Shown here: piece by piece, positions 47,994 to 60,164 of the stretch
Layout of the letters: each line of letters starts with the position of its first letter
Numbering within the stretch: position 1 is the first letter of the stretch
Translations under genes and position numbers: made by a program
Notes under the pieces: model-generated
What the model saw: only the letters and a program-made list of their open reading frames with translations
What the model was told of the DNA's origin: nothing
The model's database searches: none
Assembly: GCA_000708835.1 (NCBI GenBank)
Contig: DF237057.1
Location: 124,001 to 188,000 of the forward strand
Length of the DNA stretch: 64,000 nucleotides
Direction of reading: 5' to 3'
Origin: Klebsormidium nitens
Taxonomy: Eukaryota > Plantae > Klebsormidiophyceae

Positions 47994-50900
47994 ATGGCGG
48001 AAGCTGCGCAAGGCAAGTCAGACGCGCCCGAGGCTCACGAATCGGGGGCAGCAACCGAGCGTCAACCTGAGCCAGAAGTACCCACCGAGAAGGACCAACC
48101 GCCCCAGCAGCAGGAGACGGCGCCTGGAGAAGGGGACGCTCCTCGCCCGGAGACATCACCGGCGCAGCCTCAGGAGCAGCAGGGGGGAGAAAGCGGGCAG
48201 GATCAGCCCCCCCCGCAGGATTCTGAGCAGCCGGGGGGAAAACCCGGGCAGGAACAGACCCCCCCGGAACAGGCGACGCAGAATGCCCAGCCTGGGGGAC
48301 AGACCGCGCAAGAGACGTCCCCCCCGGGACAGGCGCCGCAGACCCTCGCGCAGCCGGGGGGACAATCCGCGCAGGGAATGCCCCCCCCGGGACAGGCGCC
48401 GCACGTTTCCGCGCAGTCGGGGGGACAGACCGCGCAGGAAACGCCCCCCCCGGGACAGGCGCCGCAAACCTCTGAGCGGCCGTGGGATCAGACCGGACAA
48501 GAGCAGCAGGCCCTGGGGCAACGAACCGGGGAACAGGCCCCCGAGAAAATAGAAGCGCAAGCTGGTGGGGGGGAAGAAGCTGCGGGGAAAGCGGCGGGGG
48601 GAACCGGGGGAGAAGCGCAGTGGGACGGGGGGCGCGTCGTATTCCACCACCCATTCACGCGGTCGACCCGGGTGGTGTTCCTGCTGGAGCAACTGGGGCT
48701 GCCGTACAAAGTGAGGCGATGAAAATGTTGATTGTGAATGCACTTGATGTAATGAATAGAACTGTTGACCTTTTAACCCGCGTTGCTTTAGACCCTGCTA
48801 AGGTCTCAGAAAGTCGAGCGTTGTTCTTTGTTGATGGCTGCCAAACTTCGGTTGATGTCGCTGCAAGAAAGAGCCTGGCAGAAAGCTACGGGTTTTGTTC
48901 TCTTTCTGTGTGATATTGCCTGCATGTGCAGGCAGCGTAAGCAGTGTGGAAGATTTGCTATTCCTCGCATGGCAGGACTTTCCGACCTTAAAAACAGGCC
49001 GCTCGTGTTTTCTAGTTTTTTCTTCAGGTCTCACAACCAGCTGGAATTGCATGAACAGGCATATGCAGTACCCTTTTGTCCTTTGGTCGGACGCGTCATT
49101 GTGTGCGCGAGTGATCGCAACACATGCGCGCCCTTTTTTCGCGCATTGAGACACGTCAGCTGTCCTGTCCGTCTCTTTCGACATAAGCAGACTCCGCTGA
49201 AGCAAATTAAACGGTTTTACATCTTTCTCAGCCCGGATTTCTGGGCAAGTAAGTTGAAGTCATCGAAAAGTATGCCAATCTGCTTGACTAAAATAATCTG
49301 TTTGTCAGCACGTGGACAAAAGTCTGAAGTTTTTAGACCCTGACCCGCTTCGCCGTTCGACCCTTGCTCGCCACTCTCAGCGCGTGCTTTCGATGAGAAC
49401 TTTAGCCCAGCGAACACTAACCACTTCAGTTATTGGCAGATCCTTTTTCTTCTTCAGCGCGTGTACGTGGACAAAAACCTGAAGCCCATCGGGCCGCCCG
49501 GCTCCTTCCCCGACCTGAAGCTGCGCGCGCTGCCGACCCTGCTGGACAATGACGTCATCATCACGGAATCCAGTGAGCGCAACTCCTAGAGCAATCTGAT
49601 GCCAGCGTTGTGTGATTTGGACGGTTAGTAGCACGCGTTGGATAACTCTGTGGCGATCGTAAGCGGAAAAAGGGAGCCTCCCTCTGCTAGTCGCTGATCT
49701 CTTGTACCAGCTAGCGAAGTGCTTTTCGTCCATTCCTCTTTTACCGGGCCACATCGAAGCAGACTTCCGTTCAACCAGAAGTGTCGCTAACCCTTACCGG
49801 TCGACACCCTCGAATCCTGATGGAAAACGAAGATGTAGAGAGTTAGAAACTCACCCACATACGCTCTTCGTTAACTTCCTTAACGCTGATCTCCAGACGC
49901 CAGATCAAGACGTACCCTTTAGAGAACCAGAAGTAAAACCACCCCCATCTTACCCGGATAATTGTACCCTAAAAACTCTCTGATTTCAAGGTTGATCAAC
50001 CCTTTCTCGTCGCCATTTGGAGTTACCTGCTGGAGAAATAGAGTCCGTCCAATCCCCTTTTCTCCGAGTACGTAAACCTAGAAACCTTTCCTTACCCCGG
50101 CTGCGTCAACCAAGAATCTTCATTAACTCCGATTTGCTAACCCTCCCTAGTTGCAATCATGGAGCACCAGTGCTACAGCAGTACAATCCATTCGCTTCCC
50201 TTGTTACCCGGATTCACGAAAGCGCTCTAATCTCAAGTATCGCTAATCTTCTCTAGTCGCCATCATGAAGTGCTGTTGAAGAACAACAGTCCAAAACCTT
50301 TCTTTACCCTGATACTTGATACGCCTAACCCAAGGACCTCTCTGATTCTAGCTTCCGGTAGTCCGTCTCTCGGGTCCCGATCATGGCGGGTCTGCAAGAA
50401 CCACTCTTTAAACAGTCAGCCCCATTCGCTAAACGCTCAGCCTGGCTTTCCTTAATCCAGTTTCCGTTAACCCTCTTCAGTCGCGTTCATGGAGTACCAG
50501 CTCGAGCAATACAACCCGTTCGCTTCCCCCCTTACGTTCTTCCAGAAACCCTGCTAACCGAGTTTCCGCTAACCCTCTGTAGTCGCGATCATGGAGTACC
50601 TGCTGGAGCAGTACGACCCGGAGCATACGCTATCCCCCCCGCACGCGGACAAGGCGGCACGTGCCCAATTCTTACAGTGGCTGGTTTGGGCGGAGGCGTC
50701 GCTGACCATTCCGGTCGTGGGCTACGTGGTCAACATCGTTCTGCTGCCGGAAGAGAAGCGGAACCAGAAGCTGGCGGACGCGTGAGTCCCTCGATTTTGT
50801 CTCTCAGAAAATATGAATGGGTATCTCTGTGCTGCCGAAAGGGAAGTGGAACCAGATGCTGGCGTCCCTCGATCTAGTCTCCCTGTCTTGATGTTTGAAT

Positions 50901-52010
50901 GTTGCGCGCCACGCCCCTTTTTACGAGCTTCCAAAGTAGAGGAAGTCGAGAATCGTTTACTTGCGGGACGAAACACGGAAGCAGAGGGACCGCGAGAACC
51001 CTCCTATCTAGTTTTCTTGTCTCGAGGCCCACGTGATGGTGACAATCTTCATTATGCACAATCTGTGGGGCGGAGTCATCTGAAAAAGCTTCCAAGTTCA
51101 GGTCTTTGGAGATCGAGGGCCCGAAGACTTGACTCGTACCATTTTTTGAGAAGCAGATATCAAAGTTACAGATATTTCGGTGGTTTACGGACAATCTGTG
51201 GTGGTTGCAAGTAGGAAGACGCGCGTAGAAAAGGTAGACAGCGTCAGAAGTCTCCTTTACGCAGGTTCAAGCGGACGGCGCTGGAGGAGCTGGGCGTGCT
51301 GGAGGCCGCGCTCGCGGGCAAAACGCGCGGCATCGTGGGCGACTCCTTTTCCGCCGCGGACATCAGGTGAAGTGTCCAAGCACGCAACGGAATTTCTTCA
51401 TTCTAGGAAGGGTTCTTCCTTTGTCCCTGACGTTTTTGGAATCGCTAGGGTTGGAATAAGGGGACACGGCTTACATTGGTTCTTGTATTGTTCACAGTCT
51501 TGCTTGCACGCCTCTAAGAAACTTGGTACTTTGCTCCGTTAGGATAACCCTGACTTGAGCTCCTTCTTCCGTGAGGGTTCTTGAAAACCGCCTTTTTCTG
51601 ATAGATCACGTCATTTGAGCTAAGAAGCCAGCCGTTTGTATTGTATGGCATGCTCTCTGTCGTGAGTTCAGGCTGACGTTGCGCACTCACATCCAATGAC
51701 CGTTGATCGGAAAGAAGTCTTAAAAGGTTACTGCCGAAAGTCGTCGTTCATCCATCTCAGCTTCTAGTCCTCGAAGCGAAAAAGGCACTTCAAGTCCGGG
51801 GCAAGTTGAAGCCCCGGTGTTGATCGGCTTTAGGAACGATGCTGACGTTTTTGTTCCGTTTCCGTTCCGTTGTCCAGCCTGCATTACCCCATCTTCCTGG
51901 CGGCGGAACACGCGCAGCTCGTCACGCCGGAATGGTACCCGAACATCGCCACGTGGTACGCGGAGTCCAAGAAGCTGCCCGCGAGGGAGAAAGCGTTTGC
52001 CAGCATGTGA
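47994..52010 (+). CDS. Glutathione S-transferase (GTT1/bacterial-like N-domain) with a long Gln/Pro/Gly/Glu-rich N-terminal extension; 5 exons, 421 aa
   Basis: Exons 47994-48710, 49458-49572, 50583-50781, 51265-51366, 51878-52010; phases compatible. GST motifs TRSTRVVFLLEQLGLPY, cis-Pro LPTL, TESIAIMEYLLEQY, N-cap FSAADI, YPNIATW. Confidence 0.88.
48228..48480 (+). repeat. Coding tandem repeat, about 4 x 63 bp, in the GST extension
   Basis: QPGGKPGQEQTPPEQATQNA / QPGGQTAQETSPPGQAPQTLA / QPGGQSAQGMPPPGQAPHVSA / QSGGQTAQETPPPGQAPQTSE. Confidence 0.85.
49990..50582 (+). repeat. About five decayed copies of the GST exon-3 acceptor junction
   Basis: TCGCGATCATGGAGTACC-like starts at about 50010, 50151, 50257, about 50376 and 50481, versus the real exon at 50583. 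Several are preceded by GCTAAC-like branch sites and an AG. Unit 100-140 bp. Confidence 0.8.
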
Positions 52011-53693
52011 GGCGGGATGCGTGCCGGAATGAGCGGACAGAGCGGAATGAGCGGACGTGCGAAATGAGCGGAATGAGCCGGACTCTGCTTGCCAAAGTCA
52101 AGGCGACTCCTCGCAAGATGTGATAAGAACTCGAGTCCTCGAAATAGAAACGTAGAAGCTGGGCCGTGATTATGGCGCCTGCGGTAGGATGTAGTCAGAT
52201 TGTTATCGTGAAGGGTTTAGGAAGGTTTAGGAAGGGTGCTAGCGAGCGGTGCGGATTGCGCGTCGAAGATGGAGCGCGACTTTTGGGGACGCGTATGCTG
52301 GCACGAAGTCAGAGATGTATGTTTGGGGAGTCAGGATCATAGTGGTTTACGGTGGGTTTTGGCACGTAGACCCTTCGCTTTGGTTGCGTGAATAGGGAGA
52401 CGATAATAGTCGGGTTTCGCTGATCTTGGGCCGTAAGCAGGGTGTGCGCGGTTTTAAATACGTAGCTCGAGGTTTGTAAATGACCATCTTGTAACGTAGA
52501 ATGCAGGAAGCCTACTAACACAGGCTTGGAAGTGTTCAATGGCAGAGCTTTTGCAGATAGACAACGGTCTGCTGCAACTATGGCGGGTGCTTTGATTGTG
52601 CAAGTACGTCGATCTGAGAAAACGAGTCTCAGTCACAGGAGACGCTTCTGACACTACAGAAGACGCAGATTTCAGTCCTTGACGTGCAAAGTTTTTCGAA
52701 GTTTGCACATGAATGTACAGAATGATCGACAAAACTGGGCGCCGGGTTGATTGGATTAGTGCGACGCTCAATCAACAAATGGCCTTCGAAAATAATGAGA
52801 CAAGTCGTGTCCTTCATTCCTGGCCGTTCTCGTTCGACCGTCGAGCTTTCGCACATGCATGAAGTGCTTGCAGTGCTTTACTGCCACACTTGTGGCAGTG
52901 GTTTGGAGCCCTATTCAGCCGCTTTGAACGTGCGCCGAGTGCGCTCGGTACCGTCGAGCCTGGACATAGTACCGCCAGCTAGCAGTTATCAATCATCATA
53001 AGTGACGGTGGCACCCCAATGTGTTTCCAATAAGGTATAACATGGCACCGAGTCATGCGCGCGGCGCTGGCCATGCGCACATTCTGGTATTAATGCGATC
53101 AGGACCACAATTTAGGAGGGGATTCAGCTTGAGACTTGATATAATATGGTACAAAAAGCATTAGAAGGCTCATGAACGAAGAGCACCTCTGGCTGAGACT
53201 CAAGTGAATGTGGCCGCGGGAGCTGCTAGCCCGTGTATAGTACTTGTCAAGCTTTCTTCCTAAGATCAGAAGGACCACCTTCGTCTTGGCACATGCAATG
53301 GCGCGAGCTCTGCACATGTCAAAGTTGTCACGGATCGCCACGTGCTGACGGGATGGCCACATGAGGCACCTCCGACAACATCGACGTACTGCAACAAGCA
53401 TCTTAATTCAGTACATATATGGATCATTCGATGGTCCTTCCGGCAACGATGGCCGCTCTTCTGTTCAATATCCAAATGGGTCATGATCACAACGTAGTGT
53501 CTGATCTGGCTGCGAAGAAGCGTGTGGCTCAGAACGTGTTGATGCCGCGACTACCATTAATCTGTTCTGAAGACGCAATCAAGTACATTCAAGCTGACTC
53601 GCAACGAGAGCTCTTTGACAGAGCCCCACAGTCACTTGCGTAACCTCCTTTTAAGGGCTTGCACCCGGCTTTCGAACCTGTAGAGACTGCTTG

Positions 53694-55364
53694 TCAGGAC
53701 CCTGCGTCTGTGATCTTCGCTATCATCAACTCCTGTTCATGTCGTACTTTCAGGAGGGACTCGTACTCTCTGCCGATATCCTGCAAACAGAAAGGTAGAG
53801 AAAGTTCAAGAGAGCCTTTATCTTGAGCAGCCTTGATGAGGTTTAGGATAGCTTAAGCGTGCCGCCAAGCGTCCCAGCATCAGCCTTGCACGCAGAATGG
53901 AGACTTGCCGACTTGATATCGACCTGTCTCTCAAGCACGCACCGTTTGATGATCATTCACATCCCAAGTAGCAGGACGAGAAGAAAACCAGGGTCTCATT
54001 ACGGACGACTAGGTGCTTCTTCTCAACATGACAGAGCCAGCTTATGTGTAAGAGAATGCTTTCAGACTCAAAACCCGACAATTCGTTCTGGACCCTCGAA
54101 GACCTTTCCATTAAGCATTTCTCCTGCCAGTCGACAGTTCTTCACGGTTGGCCTGTCAGAATACAAGTTCGACGTCCTTCGCAGTGTCTGGACAATCCAG
54201 CCAACTAGAAGTATTCGGGTACCGCTTGGGCAAAAAACCTCTGAAGTTGGTAACGAGAGCACCGGGGCCATAGGTGTTATCTGGTGCAGTGTCGGTTCGT
54301 AACTTGTCCCAAAATCCAGCCAGAAGAAGGAGAAGAAGCAGCATCACCAGTTTAAAACTTGCGCAGATCATGTGTGACGCACTCAAGGGCCTTCGAAGCA
54401 ACGACGCAGCCAGGCGTTACACTCACGTCTAGTTCCTGTTGCTTCTCTGCTAGGACCGCTGCTTGCTCCCCCAGCTTCCGTTTTCGCACGTCCGGTTCCA
54501 TGGTCGCTTTCAACCTTTGCCCCATCGCCCTCAACTTTTCGTTCTCTATCTTCTGCGCCTGAGCTCCTATCTGTTCCAAGAGGCCCCTGACCACCTGTAG
54601 AAGAGAGAATTTTTTCTGATCATTTCTGTGCATTCATTGGCATCGATAAGCGTGTGATGATTGATTGACAACATGCAATCAACCGGCAAAATCTGGCCAC
54701 ATATGCTGATAGGACTTGGCATCCACCCAACAGCATACTTGGACGGATGTAAGAACAAGCAGGGGGGTAATTATTATGAGGCACGGTGCACAAAATCTGA
54801 CTGTGCCATTAGAACACACTGAGAGACAAGTGGAACAATCAACGTCCCAGGCTGGTGTGGAAGCAGCTGGAATCATTCACATCCAGTCACACCACCTTGT
54901 CCTCTCATGACACAACAACCCCCAGAACTTTGGAAGTTGAGTTTTGTCATGAAGGGGCTCCTTCTGTGAACAGCAAGCACTTGAGCTGATTAATACCACC
55001 CCTGAAGATGTGGTCTTCCAGCTTCCGTGCATTTGCGCTGAAGCCCCTCAGCAGCATCAGTTGGATCTATGATTTGCAGCTATGGGCTTGATTGTATCAG
55101 TATTTTCGGTCGGACCCTTTGGAGAGTTCCATAGGCAATTCTCAGCTCTTGGAGGATATCTCAGCTCTCTTCTGGCAGCTTCAAAGCTTGAGGAATCTGT
55201 GATCTCTGATTGCTTACTCCTCTTACCTTGTCAAGCTCACTAATCTTGCTTGTGAAGCTTTCGCAGGCCTCTTGGAGCTCCTTCGTCTGCCGCTGCTTGT
55301 CTGGGTCAAACACGCGTATCCGGTACATTTCGTCGAACGTGATGCCCCGATCTTCTGACGCCAT
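53694..55364 (-). CDS. IFT20: Intraflagellar transport protein 20; 3 exons, 130 aa
   Basis: Exons (minus): 55364-55227, 54594-54427, 53780-53694, all phase 0. Motifs GITFDEMYRIRVFDP, KIENEKLRAMGQR, EKQQELD, EYESLLKV..EQELMI. Confidence 0.92.
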
Positions 55365-56097
55365 TCTGCCAACGCGTGCTTTTTTGGCTCGACTTTATGC
55401 AATTGTCTCCAGAAGTATTGCAGCTCCTTAGCTCTTCAGTCCTGAGGAGGGCAAAGAACAGTCAACACCTTGTAATGGCCAGAATCCTGCTCTGCCGCGC
55501 ACTTTGATTGCAGGTTCCTGAAGTGGAGACGAGGAATGAAGTGTATGGGGCAGAAAAAGGGACGAAAGCCGCAAGCTCTGAAGCAGAAATTTGACATGTG
55601 CTGCAGAGAGCTTGCATAGAAAATTAGGGTTCGGCTTGAGAATCAATGCTTGAGAGAAGTCCAATTCTTGTTCGATATCGATGCGCTGGAAAAGCTGTAC
55701 CGACCTCTGTTTCGAACGCTCGTCGAAGCCTGGCACGTTTGCTAAGTGTTTCGCTGAGGTCGCGACGAAACTAGAGCCGCGGCGAATCCAGCTCTAGCCT
55801 CGCAAAAGTACCCTGCCAGCTGGCCCTTCTTCTGTAACCCAACATGCGTAACCCTCCTATAACCGACCTGTTTTCTGTTCCCAATCACCGGCCTTTGAAT
55901 CCACACCTGTCCACACCTTTCTCTGAGGAAGCCTTGGTGATGCCCGACTGCTTTGGCCCTGGGCGACGGAGGGTTCCGAAATAATCACATTTTGGTTTTG
56001 CCAGCTGCCCTTCTGAGCTGCAGATCGAGGGGCGCTGCAGCCAGCACACTGCCATGTGCAGAGCGCAATTGACAGGAGAGGCGCTTGCCCAATCACC

Positions 56098-56298
56098 ATG
56101 CCCAAGCCCGGCCTGCAACCCATGCTCCAGTGGCTCCACTTGATCAAGCTGGACGGGAGTGTTGTGCGGGTGCGGACAGCGAAGCACTACCAGATTGAGC
56201 CAAAGGTCGTGCTGCTGAAGGACAAGGAAAAGGAGCAGGCGACCAAGGGGCAGATCGGGCGGTTCAAGGAGCGCTTTGGGTTGAAGGTTGAGAAGTGA
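56098..56298 (+). CDS. Mitochondrial ribosomal protein bL31-like (plant-type short form), 66 aa, intronless CDS
   Basis: MPKPGLQPMLQWLHLIKLDG...GQIGRFKERF resembles plant mitochondrial L31 proteins (MKKGIHPQMQWISYVTQSG...GQIAKFKRRF, from recall). Codon usage is GC3-rich like neighbouring genes. Confidence 0.75.
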   Translation: MPKPGLQPMLQWLHLIKLDGSVVRVRTAKHYQIEPKVVLLKDKEKEQATKGQIGRFKERFGLKVEK

Positions 56299-56466
56299 GG
56301 CGCAGGGTTTAGCGAGTGCGCAATCGCGACCTAGCTCGAGGAGTCTTGCAAGTACCTAGGTTCTTTGCAGAGCGCCGTTAGCGAAAGAAGAGGAGCCCCA
56401 AACTTGAGCTTTGGATAGGAAAGAGGGGAAAGCTTGCGACACCGTGCTGTAAAGGAAGGAAGAGAA

Positions 56467-58484
56467 ATGGCGGACGGCAAAGCGGGGCTCTTTGCGACGG
56501 CGCCCCCTCTGGAAAGCGCGGCCGGACTGGAAGTCACCGAGTTGAAGGCTGAGGAGATTCAGGTAAACATTCTAGAATTGCCCTCAATGCCATCGGTGGT
56601 AGTTGGGCAATGCAATTGTATAGGAAATCTCAGTGGAAGCCATGGCGGCTCTTCCAAGATTTTCGTTTGTTTGGCTCTAGGAGGTAGCATTGTTTTCAGG
56701 TATGTTCTGCCAGCGTCTGGCAGTGGCTTTTCCGATCCTGTTTTGCTGATGTGGGCCGAGAACACGTCTCTTCTGTGGGTATGGAAAGGCTGGACCAATC
56801 TGCAGTAACCTCTTTGAGAAAAGCTTCTGCTGAGTGCTCCTGAGTTGCTGGACGCACAGAGCTGCGAATGCGCATGCATCCATTTGATCGTTTGTTCCTT
56901 AGCTCTGGCGCCCAGCTTGCTGCCTGTGTTTTGACAAGGTCTCTGATGTTGTGAGGGTCAGAAAAGTCAAGAGTTCTGCTTGTAGGATTATCTGGTTCCC
57001 AGGCGAAAGTCTATCTGCCGGCGTTTTGGCTTTGGAAGGGCATTGGGGTTCCATTTTTCTGTTAGTCATGGCACACCCTAGCGCTTTGACGTGGAGGATC
57101 CCGGTCCAAGTCACACAATTAAGTTTGGGAGGCCTACCACTTGTCTTCTCCTTACTGGGGACGTTCTGGAAGCGCATGTGAAGCTTCAAGAGCTGCTGAT
57201 ATGGAAAATGCTTGTTTCGCTGAGATGCGTGCGCGCAGCCAAAGGAGGACTTTGGTAACAATTTGCTACCGGCGGAGGGCGGTGTTTAGCGTCAGACCTG
57301 TGTTGAATGTTTTTCATATCCTCATGCCACGCTGAATCTCAGCGACAATTTTGGGAATATAGGGCCCATCCCTTATCAAACATGAAGCCGCCCATGTCTT
57401 ACTGGGGTTTGCGTCAAACCTGATACCGGTGGACGTTGCACGTCGCACACTATCTCGTACTAATTCCCTGCTTATAAGCTGTATACTTATGTGTGTGGCC
57501 AAACCCTTAATACCTCAGGGTTTAGCTGCGACACAGAGGCCACCTTGTGTTTTGGTTGGGCGGTGACTGGGAACGAAACCGAGGCCAAACCCTTGATTTC
57601 TGGTGGCTTATCGCTTCTGACGCTCTCGGGGATATTGCTCGATAGTGTGCCACGGGCAGCGTCAACCGGTATCAGGTTTGACGCAATCCCCAGTAGATGC
57701 TTCGGAGCTGCCTATGATCGAGAAGGATGGTCGCATTACAGTTTTTTCTGGGTATGGGATTCTCAGAGCATTAGTAGGGTCCAAGAATATGTTTGGAAGT
57801 CCGGTCTGTTGACCAATTGTGGGGGTCTTACGAATGCATCACCCACCTATTGATACTAAGACTTGCTGAATCCCAATTCGCGATTGACGAGAAGTGTACA
57901 GATTTGGCCTCAGTAATCCCAGAAGGCACGCACATCTTTAGATCTTCAATAAAAATCAGAAGCCAACCACCAGAGAGTCAATGTACAACGATCCCGTTAC
58001 AGATCCAAGCTCCTAAGGCTGACACAGCACTTTTTTCTTGAGTTCGCAGGAAGCTTTCAACAAGGCAGCATCGTCAAGCAAGTTCGATGACCCAACCGAA
58101 GAAGCCCACGGCCCTCCTGGGGGGGCTGGAGTAGTCCTAGATCCAGAGCCACTTTCACCCCCTGGGCATGACGGAGCTGAGGGTCCAACTGATGGGGGGC
58201 CTTGTCTAGACCCGGAACTAGGAACTTGGGGCTCCAAGGAGGGTCCGTGCATAGAGTCAAAGGGCTTTGCTGACCCCATCGGAACAGGGAACGGGGATCT
58301 GAACCTGGGCCCTTTGCCAGGGAGCTTGGAAGACGACGATGGGGAAGGAAAGGGTCTCGTCGATCTCGGCGAGAAGGTATTGGAAGGGTGTGGGGGAGTC
58401 ATCGATGGTATCAAGGAGAAGATTGGGGACTCGATCTTCGTGCCTGCTGATCCCACAGAGCCGCTACCGGGAGTCGACATGTAG
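56467..58484 (+). CDS. Orphan acidic Gly/Pro-rich protein; 2 exons, 176 aa
   Basis: Exon 56467-56562 (AGAAATGGCG start context, CAG|GTAAAC donor) and exon 58050-58484 (TTCGCAG acceptor); phase 0, open to TAG. No recognisable domain. Confidence 0.6.
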
Positions 58485-60164
58485 GGTGTGTCTGGGTCAA
58501 GGCTTGCAATCTTAGCTTTATCCAATTGAGGTTTTGTAGGAAGACGTCCCGAGTCTAAGGAGGAGCTTATTTTTCTCAGGACCTTTGATGTTATGCGGTC
58601 TCATTCTTAGGGAGAGCAGTTTACGCGGAAGCTATTGTTGCCATCGTCAAGTTTTACTCAATCCAGACTCGAGTCGTGTTGTTACGCATGCCGCTTCTGC
58701 CACTTGGTGTAAGTGACATGATTGCATGTGAGAGACACATTGTGCAAGACATTTGAGACGCAGATGAGAAAGCTAGACAGGACCATGCACTGAGTCTGAC
58801 TCTTGACTTAAAATCTGGGTATCCTAAAATTACTGACGGCGTCTTTGATTTTCCGCATCTTACAGAAATTAATCCAGCAGTGATAGCAGACTCAAAAAGC
58901 CATAACTCACCGACCAGGCGGCCGTACCTGGCCCTGACATGATGTTGAACTTCAGAAGCGGGCCTACATGATGCATGAGGCTAGCCCGGGCCCGCGCATG
59001 ATTAGATTCCCTAAGCAAACCCCCATGTGCAACAACGGGCAAACGGACTCACGGTGGGCCCCCGCGGCCCATTCTGCACTGAGGTCATGCCATTGTTGCC
59101 GGCGGCCGCAACTCAGCTGTATGGTTGGATAGTAACGATAGCGGATAGTAATGATAGCGGTCCAATCCGACGCTCATATATGAGCGTCACGTCATTGATA
59201 CGAATGGCAGAACCGGAAGCAATCCCGGCCATGCAACACTTTACCACCAGATTCGTACGTGGATATTAGCACACGTCGGAATCAACTATAGCTAGCTGAC
59301 CGCGCAAGCCATGAGACAGACCTCCAATTCAATGGTTTACTGATCTGCACACCCGGTGCAATCCCGCCCTTCATTGCAACACTCTACCACCAGACGGTAT
59401 GACTCGTACAAGCTCGCCTCAGGTTAATTGTTTTTCTCGTTGCTAGCTTAACACCAAGTGATGTACACAGACTGTTTGTGACGGTGTGATTAACTCGCAG
59501 TATCATCAGCCACTATCGAACGGACTCCGGGATGGGGCCTAGGGAATCAAGTTCGAAAAGAATAAGTTGCATGCTCGTACGGTCCGGATCAATCTATACC
59601 TACACAAGTTCTCAAGGCTGGCAAGTTGTGGATATGAAGCTGATTCACAACCGCGACCTGAAGGATCTAAATATGCATGCTTGACTAATCATGTGGAAAA
59701 ATCGGTCGGATACTTTTGTTTCTTGTCCGTCCTTGTAGAGCGCCGTGCTTCTCCCATGAAATACTGTACAGATCCGTACCAAGTTGAAGTCTCCCTAAGT
59801 GAGTTGGTATGCTTTACAATTAGGTACACCTGAGCCTGGTCCGTTGTTGACTGTACCTTGGTTTATAATGCATACAATGACCGTTCTCTTCATACCACCT
59901 AAGTTTTGCCGTCTATCCACGCTTATTTGATGATCCAGGTTGCACTAGCACCAGGAATCTGATATGCTTTTGACATTGTTCCGGTGTCAGAGAGCCTCAG
60001 TCTTTGCAACTGCTGCTTGATGCTCTTCTAAAGTCCAAACACTATCCACAGGAATGGGACACGGGATATCCAACTACAATATTAATCAGGACCGCTTCCC
60101 GGCGCTCAATCAAACTCGACCGTCTGGCCCTCGATCGTCTATGATGCTACATTCTGTATCAAAG

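Noticed and set aside
52020-52085. GAGCGGAAT/GAGCGGAC short tandem repeat after the GST stop
   Set aside because: An ordinary 3' UTR microsatellite-like repeat.
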